From the NCBI RefSeq assembly GCF_009914755.1, contig NC_060947.1: a stretch of DNA of 64,000 nt. One strand, written 5' to 3'. A model generated the notes under the pieces. It was not told the DNA's origin and made no database searches. It saw only the letters and a program-made list of their open reading frames with translations. Shown here one piece after another: positions 1 through 13,417 of the stretch (positions within the stretch are counted from its first letter, which is position 1; each line of letters begins with the position of its first letter). This stretch comes from the human T2T-CHM13v2.0 reference genome, Homo sapiens. The position numbers were made by a program, and so were the translations under genes.

Positions 1-130
1 TCTGAGCTAGATAGTTTTCCAGGAGCTCTAATCCACCTTCAAGGATTATGAACAAAAGTTCATGTGTATTGTATTTTTCCAGGAAGAACTTGTGGTTTTT
101 ATGAGATTTTGACAATGTTGCTTGAGATTA

Positions 131-160
131 AAGAGAGAAAGAGAGAGAGAGAGAGAGAGA
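131..160. repeat. (GA)n microsatellite
   Basis: aagagagaaagagagagagagagagagaga seen directly. Confidence 0.9.
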
Positions 161-654
161 CATGGACCTTTTCACATAGTAGACATTCAGTAAACATTTG
201 CTGAATGTGAGTGAATTATAGAGGAAGAAGTGAGGGCATACATGTATTTATGAACAGCTTTAGGGTCTCTCCACAGACTTTGCCCATTTTTTTACTGCAG
301 CTTCTGCTGAGATGGTTCATCCATGTAGGTTTTTACTCATTTTATGCAGCTGTGCCTTACAGTATCTGACCTTTAACTTCTTACTTCCTTCTAGGAAGAT
401 TTTCCTCTGAAAGGTAACTCCTGATGAATGAGAGGCAGAGACCAATGGATAAATGGATACCAAATCCTCCATGTATACTGGGAGTAGACAGTTCTGATAT
501 ATATTTCACAAGATGCCTCAAAACGCCTCATAGATGCTAACACCATTTGACCATTGAGTGGTGAACTCCATCCATAAGGCATCTTTGTGTGTGTGGGGTG
601 GGGAGAGGTTGCTTTTTTCTTTGAAATAAATACTTTTTGGGTAGTAAATTATCA

Positions 655-1790
655 TGTTTTCAATTGATGCAGAATAGTTGTACATGTTTATGGGATACAT
701 ATGAAATTTTGATACATGCTGATATGGTTTGGCTCTGTGTCCCCACCCAAATCTCATCTTGAATTGAAATCCCAGGTGTTGGGAGAGTGACCTGATGGGA
801 GATGATTTGATCTGGGGGTGAATTTCCCCCTTGCTGTTCTTGTGATAGTGAGTTCTCACGATATCTGTTTGTTTGATAAGTGTTTGGCACTTTATCCTTC
901 TCTCTCTCTCTCCTGCCACCTTGTGAAGAAGGTGCCTGCTTCCACTTTGCTTTCCACCATGATTGTAAGTTTCCTGAGGCCTCCCCAGCCATGCAGAACT
1001 GTGAGTCAATTAAATGTCTTCCCTTTATAAATTACCCAGTCTCAGGTAGTATCTTTATAGCAGTGTGAAAATGAACTAATACTCATGCTTTCACTGTGTC
1101 ATGGTTAAATCAGGGTAATTCACATATCCATCATCTGAAACATTTATCTTTTATGTTGAAAACCTTCCAATTCTTCTCTTCTAGTTATTTTAAAATATAC
1201 AATACATTATTAACTATAGTCACCCTACTGTGCTATTGAACACTAGAACTTATTCTTTCTATCTAAGTGCATCTTTGTAGGCATTAGCCAATCTTTCTTC
1301 ATCTGCCTACACAAAAACCCTTCTCATCCTCTGGTACCTGTTATTCTACTCTCTACCTCCATGAGATCCACCTGTTTAGCTCCTACAGCTGAATGAGGTC
1401 ATGCAGTATTTGTCACTCTGTGCCTGGCTTATTTCATGCATGATCTCCAATTCCATCCATGTTGCTGAACATGACAAGATCTCATTTTTTACATGGCTGA
1501 ATAATATTCCATGGTGGATATGCACATTTTCTTTATCTATTCATCCATTGACAGACACTTAGGTGGTTCTATATCTTGACTATTATGGATAGTGTGATAT
1601 ACATGAGAATGCAGTCATCTTTCCAATATTGGCTTCATTTCTTTTGTAGGTATACCCAGCAGTGGAATTGCGGGATTGTGTGATAGCTCTACGTGTAGCT
1701 TTTGGGGGAACCTTTATACTAATAGTGTACTAATTTACATTCCCACCAACTGTGTAGGAGGGTTCCACTTTCTCTTCATCCTTTCGTAAG
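655..1790 (-). mobile_element. L1MA-type LINE-1 3' fragment, split by a THE1D LTR
   Basis: Antisense L1 3'-end motifs (gttgtacatgtttatgggatac; tgtgcctggcttatttc; tccatccatgttgctg; cccagcagtggaattgcggga; tttacattcccaccaac). The L1 resumes exactly after the LTR. Confidence 0.8.
720..1083 (+). mobile_element. THE1D-like MaLR solo LTR
   Basis: Starts TGATATGGTTTGGCTCTGTGTCCCCACCCAAATCTCATC and ends ...ttatagcagtgtgaaaatgaactaatact; flanked by 5-bp TSD CATGC (715-719, 1084-1088). Confidence 0.9.
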
Positions 1791-3697
1791 GCATCTTTGA
1801 ATAGACTTTCATTTTCTCTTTCAGTACCTCTTCTTTCATTGTTTCTTGAAATCGTGTAATTAACCTACTTGCACTAAAGCCAGAATACCTGGGATGCATG
1901 GTTGTAAACATTTCAAAGAACATCTACACAGCCCATAAGTTATATATAATATGCTTATCTGATCTGTTCCTCAGTAGAATATGCAATTGCAAATCACATG
2001 CACATTGTAACTGGATGGGTACATTTCTCTGTCTAATATAGTTTCTTAGGATGGACTTGTGCATGGTAAAGTCAGTAAATGTGCAGGCAAAGAAAACTCA
2101 GAAATCCAATGGATTTGTTTAAAGAGCCTCTGTAATCCACAAATTCATTTCCGTGCCGTAATCATCCCAACCTGCCATTTACAAAACAAATTAACTTCCT
2201 TATTTAAACGAAAGAGATAGTATTGTGCTACAAGTTATCAGTGTTCTTTTCTGTCCCTCCCCCAACATAATTTTTTCTCCAAACAGGTATTTTGGGACAA
2301 AATATCTAGAAAAATATTTCAAATTTAAATATTTATTTGTTTAAATTTTAGTGATAAGATAAAGAAACTGTCCACAAAATACTCTTGGATATTAGTCCCA
2401 ACTTTTCAAAACAATGCATAATAGAGGTGCCTGGAAAAATTATGTTGTAATTGATTCATCAGTTAAAAATAAGATTAATTCCATCTACACAAAGGGCTCA
2501 GCTCCATGCTTTTGGATAAGTAATAAATCTCTTATATCTTCACATCCTTATAAACAGGGAAGGTCTGCAGTTTAAATATTTGGTGATCTGAGAAACTGAA
2601 TATATTACAACTCATAGAACAAGGCTTTGCTGTATAAGTCATAAGCACTTTAAAGAAAAGAAAAAGAGAGGCAGCCACAGGTATTCCACCCTATTACTGT
2701 GTATTTGAGTGAAAAACTATTTCTATGTTTACTCTAGAATATTGAAGACTGGATACAACTGTGTTTTTGGAAATTCAATAGAAACAGGTTGCTACTTAGC
2801 AATAATGACATAAGGACATTCATATATCACTGCTCCTATAAGTGTCCATTCAAAACACTGATCCCTGTTTTTGAGTTGGTCTCTTCATTACTGGTGCTTT
2901 CAATGAAAATTTTCATATGTGTAAACACAAATATGAAATTATTATTTTTAAAATATGACCTGAATTTATGTATGTAAATAAAAGTGCATGTTGGTCCCCT
3001 CTGCTATTCCCTTGGATGGATAATTATCTGCTGTCTTTGAACTGAAATGGGTCTTTGTGTCTTTGGACCACATGTCCCAATTGACATCCACCTTCCCTGG
3101 CACCATATTTACTCTAACTGAGAAGACCAGTGGATGAGTCTGGAAACTGTAACATAGAATGTGGTAGTTTCTTCCCATGTGCAAAACTTATTTATAAACT
3201 GCTATGCCAAAAAAAATACATATATAAATAAACTTTAACGCAATGTAACTGACTCAGAGCTTTAAATTAGCTACTACATTAGATAGAACTTTTAAAAATA
3301 TGCTCGTTTCAGGAATCACACATTTGTTAAAATCTCTGAACAACAGTTAGAAAAGGCATCATTTGTGTTAAATGTCTTCATGTTAGAAAACACTAGATTT
3401 TTTTGAGAGCTTCATATATTGCTAGAAACATGAGTGATGGGTAATATTTTAAGGAGTCTACACATCTGTAGATATTTCAGGTACCTAACTTCCCTTAAAT
3501 ATTTTATTTTATTAACAATATGGGGCCTTGACATTTCTAGTTTTGTGTCTTTTTTTTTTTTTTGCTTTACATGATGGATGGATAGTGATACCTAGTTTGA
3601 GATTTAACATACGCATTATATAGGATGATGTACCTTTCACCATAGCAGGTCAATAATCTATTTTTATTTTTGTTTCCTTTCCTATCTTTTAAAATCA

Positions 3698-4252
3698 TTT
3701 TTAATATTTAATTTTTGTGGGTACATAGTAGGTATATATATTTATGGGATTCAGAAGATGTTTTGATGCAGGGATGCAATGTGTAATAAACACGTCATGC
3801 AGAATGGGGTGTCCATCCCCTCAAGCGTTTATCCTTTGAGTTACAATCCAGTTAAACTCTTTAAGCTATTTAAAAATGTACAATTAAGCTATTATTGACT
3901 ATAATCACCCTGTTGTGCTGTCAAATAGTAGTCTTATTTATTCTTTTTTTTTGTACCCATTAATCATTCCCACCTCCCTACCATCAGCCCCCAATTACCC
4001 TTCCCAGCCTCTGGTAAACATCCTTCTACTCTCTATGTCTATGAGTTCAATTGCTTTGATTTTTAGCTCCCAATGAATAAGTGAGAACATGCATTGTTTG
4101 TCTTTCTGTGCCTGGCTTATTTCACCTAGGAAATCAGTATATCAGAGAGATACCTGCACTCCTATGTTTGTTACATCCCTGTTTATAATATTATAGCTAA
4201 GATTTGGAAGTAACCTAAGTGTCCATCAACAGATGAATGGATGAAGAAAATG
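3698..4252 (-). mobile_element. 5'-truncated, 5'-inverted L1MA (3698-4125 antisense; 4129-4252 sense)
   Basis: Antisense L1MA 3' end (tttttgtgggtacatagtaggtatatatatttatggg...tgcctggcttatttcac) abuts sense L1 sequence (ggaaatcagtatatc...cctaagtgtccatcaacagatgaatgga). Confidence 0.8.
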
Positions 4253-5055
4253 ATCTCTGTTTAGATCTTCATGTTGAAATAAAGCTTACGCATGAATGAG
4301 TTGCCTTGTTTTAAGTTCGGATTCTAGGAATAATTAAGGAGGCAGGAGAACATGTAGACAATAGTTTTTATTACTTAGATAATTCCCAGTTACTTCTCTA
4401 AGCCATGTATTCTTTCTGTACAAAGGTCAGGCAAGTAATCATCAGGTAGTTTCCAGATCTGGAACCAATGTTGCCAAAGTCATTCTGAGAATCCATTCTT
4501 GAAATAATCAATGTTCGGTGCATAACTTATTTTAGATTCTTACCTAAGCCTTCCTCACTTAAGTTTGGAAAATAAGTTTCATAAATTGCATTCATCTCAG
4601 CATGACTTTACTTGAACATAGAAGCTGATGTTTTAAAAAACAAGTATCTAATGAGGAGTTCACTACACAACATTGTGTGTGTGCGTGTGTGGGTGTGTGT
4701 AGACATAATGTATTTTCTTTCATTTTCCATTTCAGATTCTTATCGATTGATTGTTTTAATTTTTCAGATTCTTATTAAGCAAGGAGAAGGACATCAATTA
4801 TCTTATTACTGCAACCTATTCAGAAGGGAATTTTAGGGCAGTGAGTAAAATAGAAATCTCTATAAAATAGAAATCTTTATGGATTATATGATAAAAGTCA
4901 TCTTCTGGTAATGACTTAACCAGCCAAGTAAACTAAAGCTGCCTCTAAATATGTAGAGACAGAATTGTCTCTGAAATGTATGTTTATAACTAATAAAGAC
5001 AGTTTCAGTTATCCACACAATGGTCTGAATAGTGGCAGATTAAACCATGTTTTTA

Positions 5056-5356
5056 GGCTGGCGTGCTGGCTCCCACATGTAATCATAGCACTTTGGGAGG
5101 CCAAGGCAGGAGGATCCCTTGAGCCCACCAGTTCAAAACCAGCCTGGGCAATATAGGGAGAGCCCTCTCTTCAAAAAATAAAAATAAAAAAAATAACTGG
5201 ACCTGGTGGCACACCTGTAGCCTCAGATACTCGGGAGGCTGAGGTGGGAGAATCACTTGAGCCCAGGAGGTTGAGGCTGCAGGGAACTATGATCTCATCT
5301 TGTCACTGCACTCCAGTCTGGGCCACAGACTAATACCCTGTCTCAAAAGAAAAAAA
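5056..5356 (+). mobile_element. AluJ (full length, diverged)
   Basis: Dimeric Alu with gcactttgggaggccaaggcaggaggat, A-rich linker, gaggttgaggctgcag (J-type) and A tail. Confidence 0.9.
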
Positions 5357-7214
5357 GCGTTTTTATATCCTTATTGTTCTATCAACCAAAATATTTACAC
5401 AGGCACCTATGAAGAAATGTCTCTCTTTGTATCCATAAATATGTATTTATAGCATATATACACACAAAAGGACATATACATGTGAACACATATCAAGATA
5501 CATCCTTCCTATGTTACCTCGAAAGCTGTTGATCATCTTTAAGTAAACTGCTACTCTTTTCACCTTCCTACTGCATACAGAAAACTGAGCTGGAGCTTGA
5601 CTGAAAACAGTGGTAGCGTTTGGAGTTTTTGTGTTTACGATATTCGATCTAGGATTTGTGCATTTTATTGGAGTAAAATTATATACAGTAAGTATATACA
5701 TTGAAGTTTGCTGAACTTCAATGTATAGTCCAATGAGTTTATAAATGTAGATGTTTCTATTCATGTGAAAACATTACTCAAATGAAGTCTTTAGTGAATG
5801 TGTTGTTTTTTGCATAAAAGTGTATTGATGGGAATTGTGGATTGTTGGTCATAAAAGAAACTGCCCGATTTACATAGTTATTGCACAGTTTTACACCCTT
5901 ACCAGTAAGAACTGCAGTAGTTCATGTCTTTTCCAAATCTTGGTGTTGACAGTTGGCTAATTTCAGCTATTTTATTGGGTGCATGGTGGCGTACCATGGT
6001 TGTTTTAATTTTCACTTTGTTAATAAGTAATGATAATGAGAATCATTTTATGAGTGTGTTGTACAGTCCTTTATCTTTGTTCCTATATGTGTCTATTTAA
6101 AACTTTTGTTCTTTTTTTGAATTGTTTATGCCTTTATTATTGATATATATTAAGTTTGTGTAAAATATGACTATGAGTTCATTGCCAGGCATTTATATTA
6201 CAAATACATTTGCTCACTTTATGCCTTCCCTTTTTATTTATTTAATGTTTCTTTGGATGAAAAGTTTTAAACTTTGATGTCTCCAGTTTATATTATTATT
6301 ATAAGATTAGTATTCTGCTCAGAAAATCTTTGTCTGTTCCCAAGTTGCAAAGACATTCTCCCATGTCATCTTCTAGTTTTATTTACTTTTTATTATCATT
6401 TTAGTCTTTTATATTTCAGTCTACAAATCATTCTCAGTTTATTTTAGGGGACAGTGTGAAATATAGATGAAGACGTACATTTCCTTTACTAGTGAATCCA
6501 GTCCCAGTCATTAAAACCTCTTATCTTTCCCCATTGATTTGTGTGATGCAATTGTCAAAATTGTTTGTGAGTATGAGTGGGTCTATTTCTGAACTACCGA
6601 CTCTATTCTATCAGTCTCTGTCTATCCTTATACCAGTAACACATTGTCTTCATTACCGTAGTTTCATAACACATTTAAAATCAGGTCAAATAATTTTTTC
6701 CTTTATTTTCAAGGTTTCTTTTTGGCAACTCTAGATCCTTTACACTTACATTAAATTGTAGTCTCAGCTTGCCAATATCTGCAAAACTCTGGGTGTTTCA
6801 TTTGATTTGTTTGGAATTTATAGATCAATTTAGGGATAACTAGCAATTTCACAATATTAAGTTTTCCAACCCATGAGCAGGGTAAATTTCTTTGTCTACT
6901 TAGGGCTTCTATAATTCAACCTGACACTGTTTTGCAGTTTTCAGAGTAGATGTTTTTGACTACTTTTCTTAAATATATTTTAGATACATTGTGTTTTTTG
7001 ATGCCATTGTACACAAAAGTGATTTACAATCAATTGTAAATAGAATGGAGTCACATACGGTGATTGTTTATTACTAGTGTATAGAAAATTTGCAGTCTGG
7101 GAACTTGTAGAACTTATTTATAGGATCCAGTGGTTTATTTATAGATTTCTTTGAATTTTCTACATGCATAATGCCACCTGTGAATAATTGTATTTCTTCT
7201 TTCTCAGACGTTGT

Positions 7215-7510
7215 TTCATCATCTATCTCTATCTGTCCATCTGTCTATGTATTTATTATCTAGCATGTCTACCTATCCATGTTATCTAGCATATCTATTT
7301 ATCTATATCTATCATATCTATTATCATATCCCTCTGTCTATCCATCAGTATACTATTATTATCTCTTTCTTTTATCTGTCTATAATATCCATCTATCATC
7401 TATCTATGTATCCATCCTTCCTATCTGTCCATCCATCTCGGTGTCTATAAATTATCATTTGCATGTCTGTTATCAATCTACCCACCCATTATCTATCTAC
7501 GTATCTTCCT
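7215..7510. repeat. Degenerate (TCTA/TCCA)n simple repeat
   Basis: Runs of atct/atcc/tatc for ~300 bp. Confidence 0.85.
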
Positions 7511-8721
7511 TTTTGTCTGTTTTGTACTATAAGATCAGCTAGAACATCTATAAATTTCATTTGAAGTGTTAAGAGGGACATCCTTCCTGGCATTCTCTCC
7601 AATTTTAGGATAGAATGTGTTCAATATTTAACCTTAAAGTATTATGTTAGCTGAAGGTTTCTTAAAGGTATTCTTTATCCAATGGAAGAACTGGCTCTTC
7701 CATTTCTACTCTGTTATCATTGAATGTGTGTGTTAAATCGTGAATATATGTTGGATATTGTGAATGGCTTTCTCTGCATTCATTGAGATGATCATAGTGT
7801 TTTTCTCTTTTAATTTGCTAGTGATGTGGTTAATTACACTCTTCTTAAAATGTTAAACCTACTTTGCATTCCTGGTATCAACCTCACAATGTAATGAAGC
7901 ATTCTTTCTTTTATATTTAGCTAGATTCCATCTGCTAAAATTTTGAGGAGAGTTCCTGCATCATCTATTGTCATGAGTGATATTAGTCTATAAATTGCTC
8001 CTTTGGTTTTAGTATTGGGATTATGCTGGCTTCATTATTTTAAAAGTCTGGAAGTATTACTTCCTCCTTTTAAATACATTAATCTAAGATTGTTTTAAAA
8101 ATATATACATTCAGTAGAATTCACCAGATAATCCGAGTCAAGACAAAGTGGTTGATTTTGGAGCAGGTTGGGGAGGGGGCAGTGGCGGCAGCTAGCTGTT
8201 AACTATAAATTCAATTTCTTTAACAGATACAGTGCTATTTGGGATGTCTATTTTTTTGTGGCAGTGTTGGCAAGTCGTGTTTTTAATAAAATCATCCATT
8301 TTATCTATGCTATCAAAATTCTAAGAATAAAGTCATTCATAATATTCCCTTACTATCTCTATGGAATTTAAGGCAATATCCTCTCTTGCATTTTTTATTT
8401 TGGTAATCCATGTTTTCTCTTTTTTTTTCCTTGATCAGTCTAATAGCTTATCAATTGTATTGCTCTTTTCAAATAAATATTCTTAAGGTTTTGCTTTTCT
8501 AAGGTTTTGGTTCTTTCTATGTTATTTATTTTTCCTTTTTTATTGACCTGTGTTTTCTTTTTGACTTTAGCCAATGTTCCTTTCCTACATTCTAAAGTTT
8601 AAAGCCCAGATCGCTGATTTTAGATAGTTTGTCTTTTTTTTAACTGTAAGTATTTAAAGCCATGAATTTCTCTCTTCACATGATTTTAGCTGTATTGCAT
8701 AAATCTTGAAATACTGCACAC

Positions 8722-9014
8722 TGCGAGGAACGCGCACTGAGGTAGAGACTCAGGAAGTTCACACCATTTACAGGGAGAAGGAGCCTGGCCCCTTCTCTTC
8801 CTGTGCGGAACTAGGGATTTGAATGGCCAGGCAGAAAGTGCTCTAGCAGGGACTCCGGCCTTGCGAAGAGTCCCTGGTTCCTCCTTTTCTTCCTTTTCAC
8901 CCAATAAAACCCTGTCTTACTCACACTTCAAATAGTCTGCGAGCCTGAATTTTCCTGGCCATGGGATGGACAAGGACCCCGCCTTTAGCTGAACAACGGA
9001 AAAGTCCTGCAACA
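8722..9014 (+). mobile_element. MER61-like ERV1 LTR, 3' portion
   Basis: GC-richer block with AATAAA (cacccaataaaaccctgtcttactc), ending tagctgaac...aaaagtcctgcaaca; matches recalled MER61 3' end; 5' part missing. Confidence 0.65.
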
Positions 9015-9385
9015 CTTGCAAAGTGCATAAGTTGTGGGACATCGTGTTTCATAAATATCTATTAAGTTGACATGATTGATAGTGTGGTTCAAATACTCTG
9101 TATTTTCCAACCTGAATCTATGTACTTATGTTTTTTGGGATTTTTTTTTTTGTCAACTTGTTTTGAAATAGGATTGTCCCCATCTCCAACTTTATGGATT
9201 TGTCTGTATGTCCCTTTATTTCTGTCAATTTTTGCTTTATTTTCTTTGAAGATCTGTTTTTAGAGACATACGTATTTAGGATGTTTATATCCTCTTGGTG
9301 AGTTGACCCTGCTATCTTTGTGAAATTTGCAATTTATATCTGGTTATCCTTTCTTTTGAAGACTATTTTATAAGATATTACTTTG

Positions 9386-9514
9386 GCTAATCTGACTTGG
9401 CAGGTTCTTTGCTAAAACTGGCAATTACAAGGAAATGCACCCTTGTAAGGTACTGGACCTAGGAGAAGGATCAGAGGCCTAAACAAAATTTGGTCAAACA
9501 GAGAATCTTTGTCG
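9386..9514 (-). mobile_element. MER31-like LTR 5' fragment
   Basis: Reverse complement reads (c)gacaaagattctctgtttgaccaaattttg...ttctcctaggtcc...ttccttgtaa...agttttagcaaagaacctgccaagtcagattagc, like the recalled MER31 start. Confidence 0.6.
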
Positions 9515-9576
9515 CTACCTCTCCTTGACAGTGAAACTGACCCAAAAATCCCATAGACTGTTCTTTTGGATTAACG

Positions 9577-10535
9577 TGCATATGCAAAGGTGTTCAACGT
9601 AATTGATCAGAGAAATGCAAATCAAAACTACAATGTGATATCATGTCACTCCAGTTAAAATGGCTTCTATCTAAAAGGCAGGCAATAACAGATGCTGTCG
9701 AAGATGTGGAGAAAAGGGAACCCTTGTACACTCTTTGTGGGAATGTAAATTAGTACAAGCACTGTGGAGGACAGTTTGGAGGTTCCTCAAAAAACTAAAA
9801 ATAGAGCTGCTATATGATCCAGCAATCCCACTGCTGGGTATATACTCCTACCAAAGGGAATTAGTATATTGAAGAGATATCTGCACTCTCATGTTTACTG
9901 CAGCACTACTCAATATAGCCAAAATTTGGAAGCAACCTAGGTATCCATTAACAGATGAATGGATAAAGAAAACATGGTACATATATACAAGGGAGTACTA
10001 TTCAGCCATAAAAAAGAATGAGTTTCTATTATTTGCAACAACCTGGAGGAAATTGCAGATCATGATGTTACGTGAAATAAGCCAGGCACAGAAAGACAAA
10101 CATCACATGTTTTTACTTATTTGTGGAAGCTAAAAATTAAAACAATTGAACTCATGGAGACAGAGAGTAGAAGGATGGTTACCAGAGGCTAGAAATGTTA
10201 GTTGGGGGTGGAGGAGGTGGTGGGAATGGTTAATGCGTACAAAAAACACAGTTGTAATGACTGAATAAGACCTAGTATTTGGTAGCACTGCAGGTTGACC
10301 ACAGTCAACAATACTTTATACATTTAAAAATAACATTTGTACATTTAAAAATAAGAAGTATAGTTGGACTGTTTTTAAGACAAAGAATAAATGCTTGACG
10401 TGATGGAAACCCCATGCACCCTGATGTGATTATTATGCATTGCATGCCTGTATCAAAATATCTCATGTACCCCATAAATATATACACCTATTATGCACCT
10501 ACAAAAATTAAAATTAAAATTTAAAAAAATTAAAA
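9577..10535 (+). mobile_element. L1MA (L1MA1-4 class) 3' fragment with ORF2 C-terminal remnant and A-rich tail
   Basis: ORF 9891-10133 (MFTAALLNIAKIWKQPRYPLTDEWIKKTWYIYTREYYSAIKKNE...) resembles the L1 ORF2p C-terminus; L1MA 3'UTR (gacctagtatttggtagcac); A tail. Confidence 0.9.
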
Positions 10536-12059
10536 GCAACGTTAACTTGATCATACCATGTTAATTTGAGTGACAAAGAGAAACTGATAGAATAGTAAGA
10601 AAATAAATGCACTTTCAACATTCGTAGCAGTGGTGAACTTGTTCCTGTAATAATAGCACCAAAGTTGCATATACTTTTTAATACTTCATAACAAACAACT
10701 GCTGAGTTACAAAGTAAATATTTGACAACCATGTTGATCTTAAGACCAAAACTGCCAACAGCTTGCAAAAAATATTGCAGTTCATAGTTATCATGTATCT
10801 ATTTAACTGCTGAAAATGCCACTTGTTTATGCTTCCCGGCTATTTTTCTTTTCTTTCTGTATGTCAGTCATGTGTTACCCATCCTGTACATTTTCCACTC
10901 CATGCTTAATGTATAAAAAAAGAGTGGATTTTATCTGAATCATGAAAGCATACACTTTTGAAGTGTGTTACAATTTTTTTGATATCCTATTTTTATATTT
11001 GCCATTTACATGTGAGTAAATGTATGATGTGGCAATCATAATCAAGCTTCAATAGGAGCACACTGATAATAATGGAAGACAAATTTAAATTGGGATTTCT
11101 CTACATTTCACGTCCTTGGAGATGATGCTTTCTAGTTGAGGTCATGTTTGTTCATTTCTGTGTTTATCTCTGACCCACTAATACAATGCATTGCTCATTA
11201 TCAATCCTATTTTAGTTTTAAAACTTAAATTTTTATCTATTTATACACACTAGGAATTACACACTTCTTCACTTTTCTTAATTTACTTGGTCTCATTATC
11301 CTCACAATATATAAATTAAAAATGACATGATTGATGAGCTAGAAAATTTCCACACAGAATGCAAATTATAAGTAACTGTTCACCATGCATTTCTTTTATT
11401 TTCAATGGAATGGCGTTTTCACATAAATAAAAAGAAAAATAAATCAGCATCTAAGCATATAATACTCCCAAGAATTCTCTTCACGGAGCAGAGATGAAAA
11501 TGACTCTGGTCAATTGGTGAAAGAAATACAGATTACGAGAAAAAGCATGGGACTCAAAATCAAGAAAATGGAGTATTTAGATCTGCTCTGTATTTGAAAG
11601 ACTCACCATTTGACCAGCATTAATTGAGTATCTACTACGTGCAATGCACTGTGCCAAGATTTAGTTCTATGCCTTACCCTAAGCCTTTGCCTAGAACTTT
11701 CAAAAACACCTTTCACCAACTTTTAGGTTGCTGGCTTCCAGAAGACAAATACCTGTAAAACCACAAGTAGAAATTAGAAAATATTGTTAGTTTTCTTTCT
11801 ATATGCCTTCTCACCTCAGTCTTTTAAATAACTTTCCAATCATCAAATTTCCAACAATTTCAATGTTTAAATTTCTCAGTGTTAATATGCAAACTTCAAA
11901 CACTGTTTCAATAATCCACACTTATGAAAACAGCAATGCTTGAAGGAAGCTTCTTTTTGTGTTGCCAAGTGGAAACCTCCCAAATCTGCTCAAGGATTGG
12001 GGAGAGTAGGTGAGGCTGGTGGTTTAGTCTCTACTTCACCAAATTTACTGTGTCCTACT

Positions 12060-12161
12060 TTTTTTTTTTTTTTCTGAGACAGGGTCTCACTATGCTGCCC
12101 AGGCTGGTCTCAAACCCCTGAGCTCAAGTGATGCCCCAACCCCAGCCTCCTGAGTAGGTGG
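12060..12161 (-). mobile_element. FLAM (free left Alu monomer), 5'-truncated
   Basis: Poly-T then gagacagggtctcactatgctgcccaggctggtctc; TSD tgtgtcctacttt at 12049-12061 and 12162-12174. Confidence 0.85.
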
Positions 12162-12773
12162 TGTGTCCTACTTTTGAAAGCACCTTCATCTTTTGTTACA
12201 TACTTTGTAAATCTATATTGAAACTATATATACATGTGAGAGAATAAGGCAAAATGTAATTATGACTTCCCTTTCTAAACTAAGCAGGGATACCCGAAAG
12301 AGGCACCAATGAAAACAAAAATGTAACTCTGTCTCATTATTTGCAACTACTTCTCTCCTACAGGAGCTGCGTCCTATTTATTTTACATCCTCCGTATGTA
12401 GCATCACACCTGGCAATTCATGCATTTTTAAAGAAAAAAAAAAGAATCCTGAAATATAGTACAATAGGTAGGCACATTGTGGTTGGGTATTTGAAACAAA
12501 AATCAATACCTGGATTTTTATCTCATAGTACAATCTATTATGGAAACCTTTTTGAAATATAAAATGCTTATATTTGAAAATGAACTCCTCTGCTATACAA
12601 AGACTTCCGTTTATACTCTATTTGAAGGTGGTTACGATCTGAGCACTTCCTGGGCAACCAACTTTTCATTTAAAAAGGGAGTTCTGAGTCCCCACAGAAC
12701 TCTAAACATCAGTGGTTCCATTTCTCTGCAATTTAGGGAATGCCAAATAGAAATAGCTAGGTCAATAAATTTT

Positions 12774-13417
12774 TTATTGTGGCTGATTACTGATGAGAAC
12801 TTTCAGCACCCTATTTAGAATTTTCAAGTTTTTGCATTAAAAAATACTGGTGGAACCCAGTGTTCAATGTCCCTTCTACCCACACATATGCATCCTGTGT
12901 CAGTGAACTTTGAGGTGGTCTATGCATCCTTTATTGTGGCTGGTGATTAATGAGTACTTTCAGCACCCTATTTTAGAGTTTCTGTGAACTTTATATTTTT
13001 TGCATTTAAAAACATGCTGGTGGAACCCAGTGGTCAATGTCCCTTCTACCCACACGTAGACATCCTGTGTCAATGAACTTCGAGGTGCTCTATACATTCT
13101 TTATTGTGGCTGGTTACTAAAGAGCACTTTCTGCACCCTATTTTAGAATTCATATTCTCTAGTTTTTGCATTTAAAAATATGCGGGTAGAACCCAGTGTT
13201 CAACGTCCCTTCTACCCACACATAGACATCTTGTGTCAGTTAACTTTGAGGTGCTCTATACATTCGTTATTGTGGCTGGTAATTAATGAGTACTTTCAGC
13301 ACCCTATTTTAGAATTTGTGTGTACTTTCCAGTTTTTGCATTTAAAAACATGCTGGTGGAACTCACTGGTCAATATTCCTTTTACCCATATATAGACATC
13401 TTGTGTCAGTGAACTTC
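12774..13417. repeat. Tandem repeat, ~157-170-bp unit x ~3.9
   Basis: Unit start ttattgtggctg at 12774, 12931, 13101 and 13267; shared motifs gcaccctattt, tttttgcatt and gtcccttctacccacac (last one diverged in unit 4). Confidence 0.95.

Larger units (their letters stand above)
5660..9365 (-). mobile_element. Old (L1M/L1ME-class) LINE-1 relic, antisense, interrupted by a simple repeat and an LTR fragment
   Basis: T-rich antisense L1 motifs throughout (tagatcaatttagggataac; tttctctgcattcattgagatgatcata; ttgcattcctggtat; ggattatgctggcttcat). Boundaries are approximate. Confidence 0.65.

Noticed and set aside
9891-10133. ORF with real protein similarity
   Set aside because: Remnant of the L1 ORF2p C-terminus in a truncated element, not a gene; same for 62898-63122
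12774-13417. Alpha satellite (unit near 171 bp)
   Set aside because: No recognisable alphoid sequence or CENP-B box, variable unit length and only four copies
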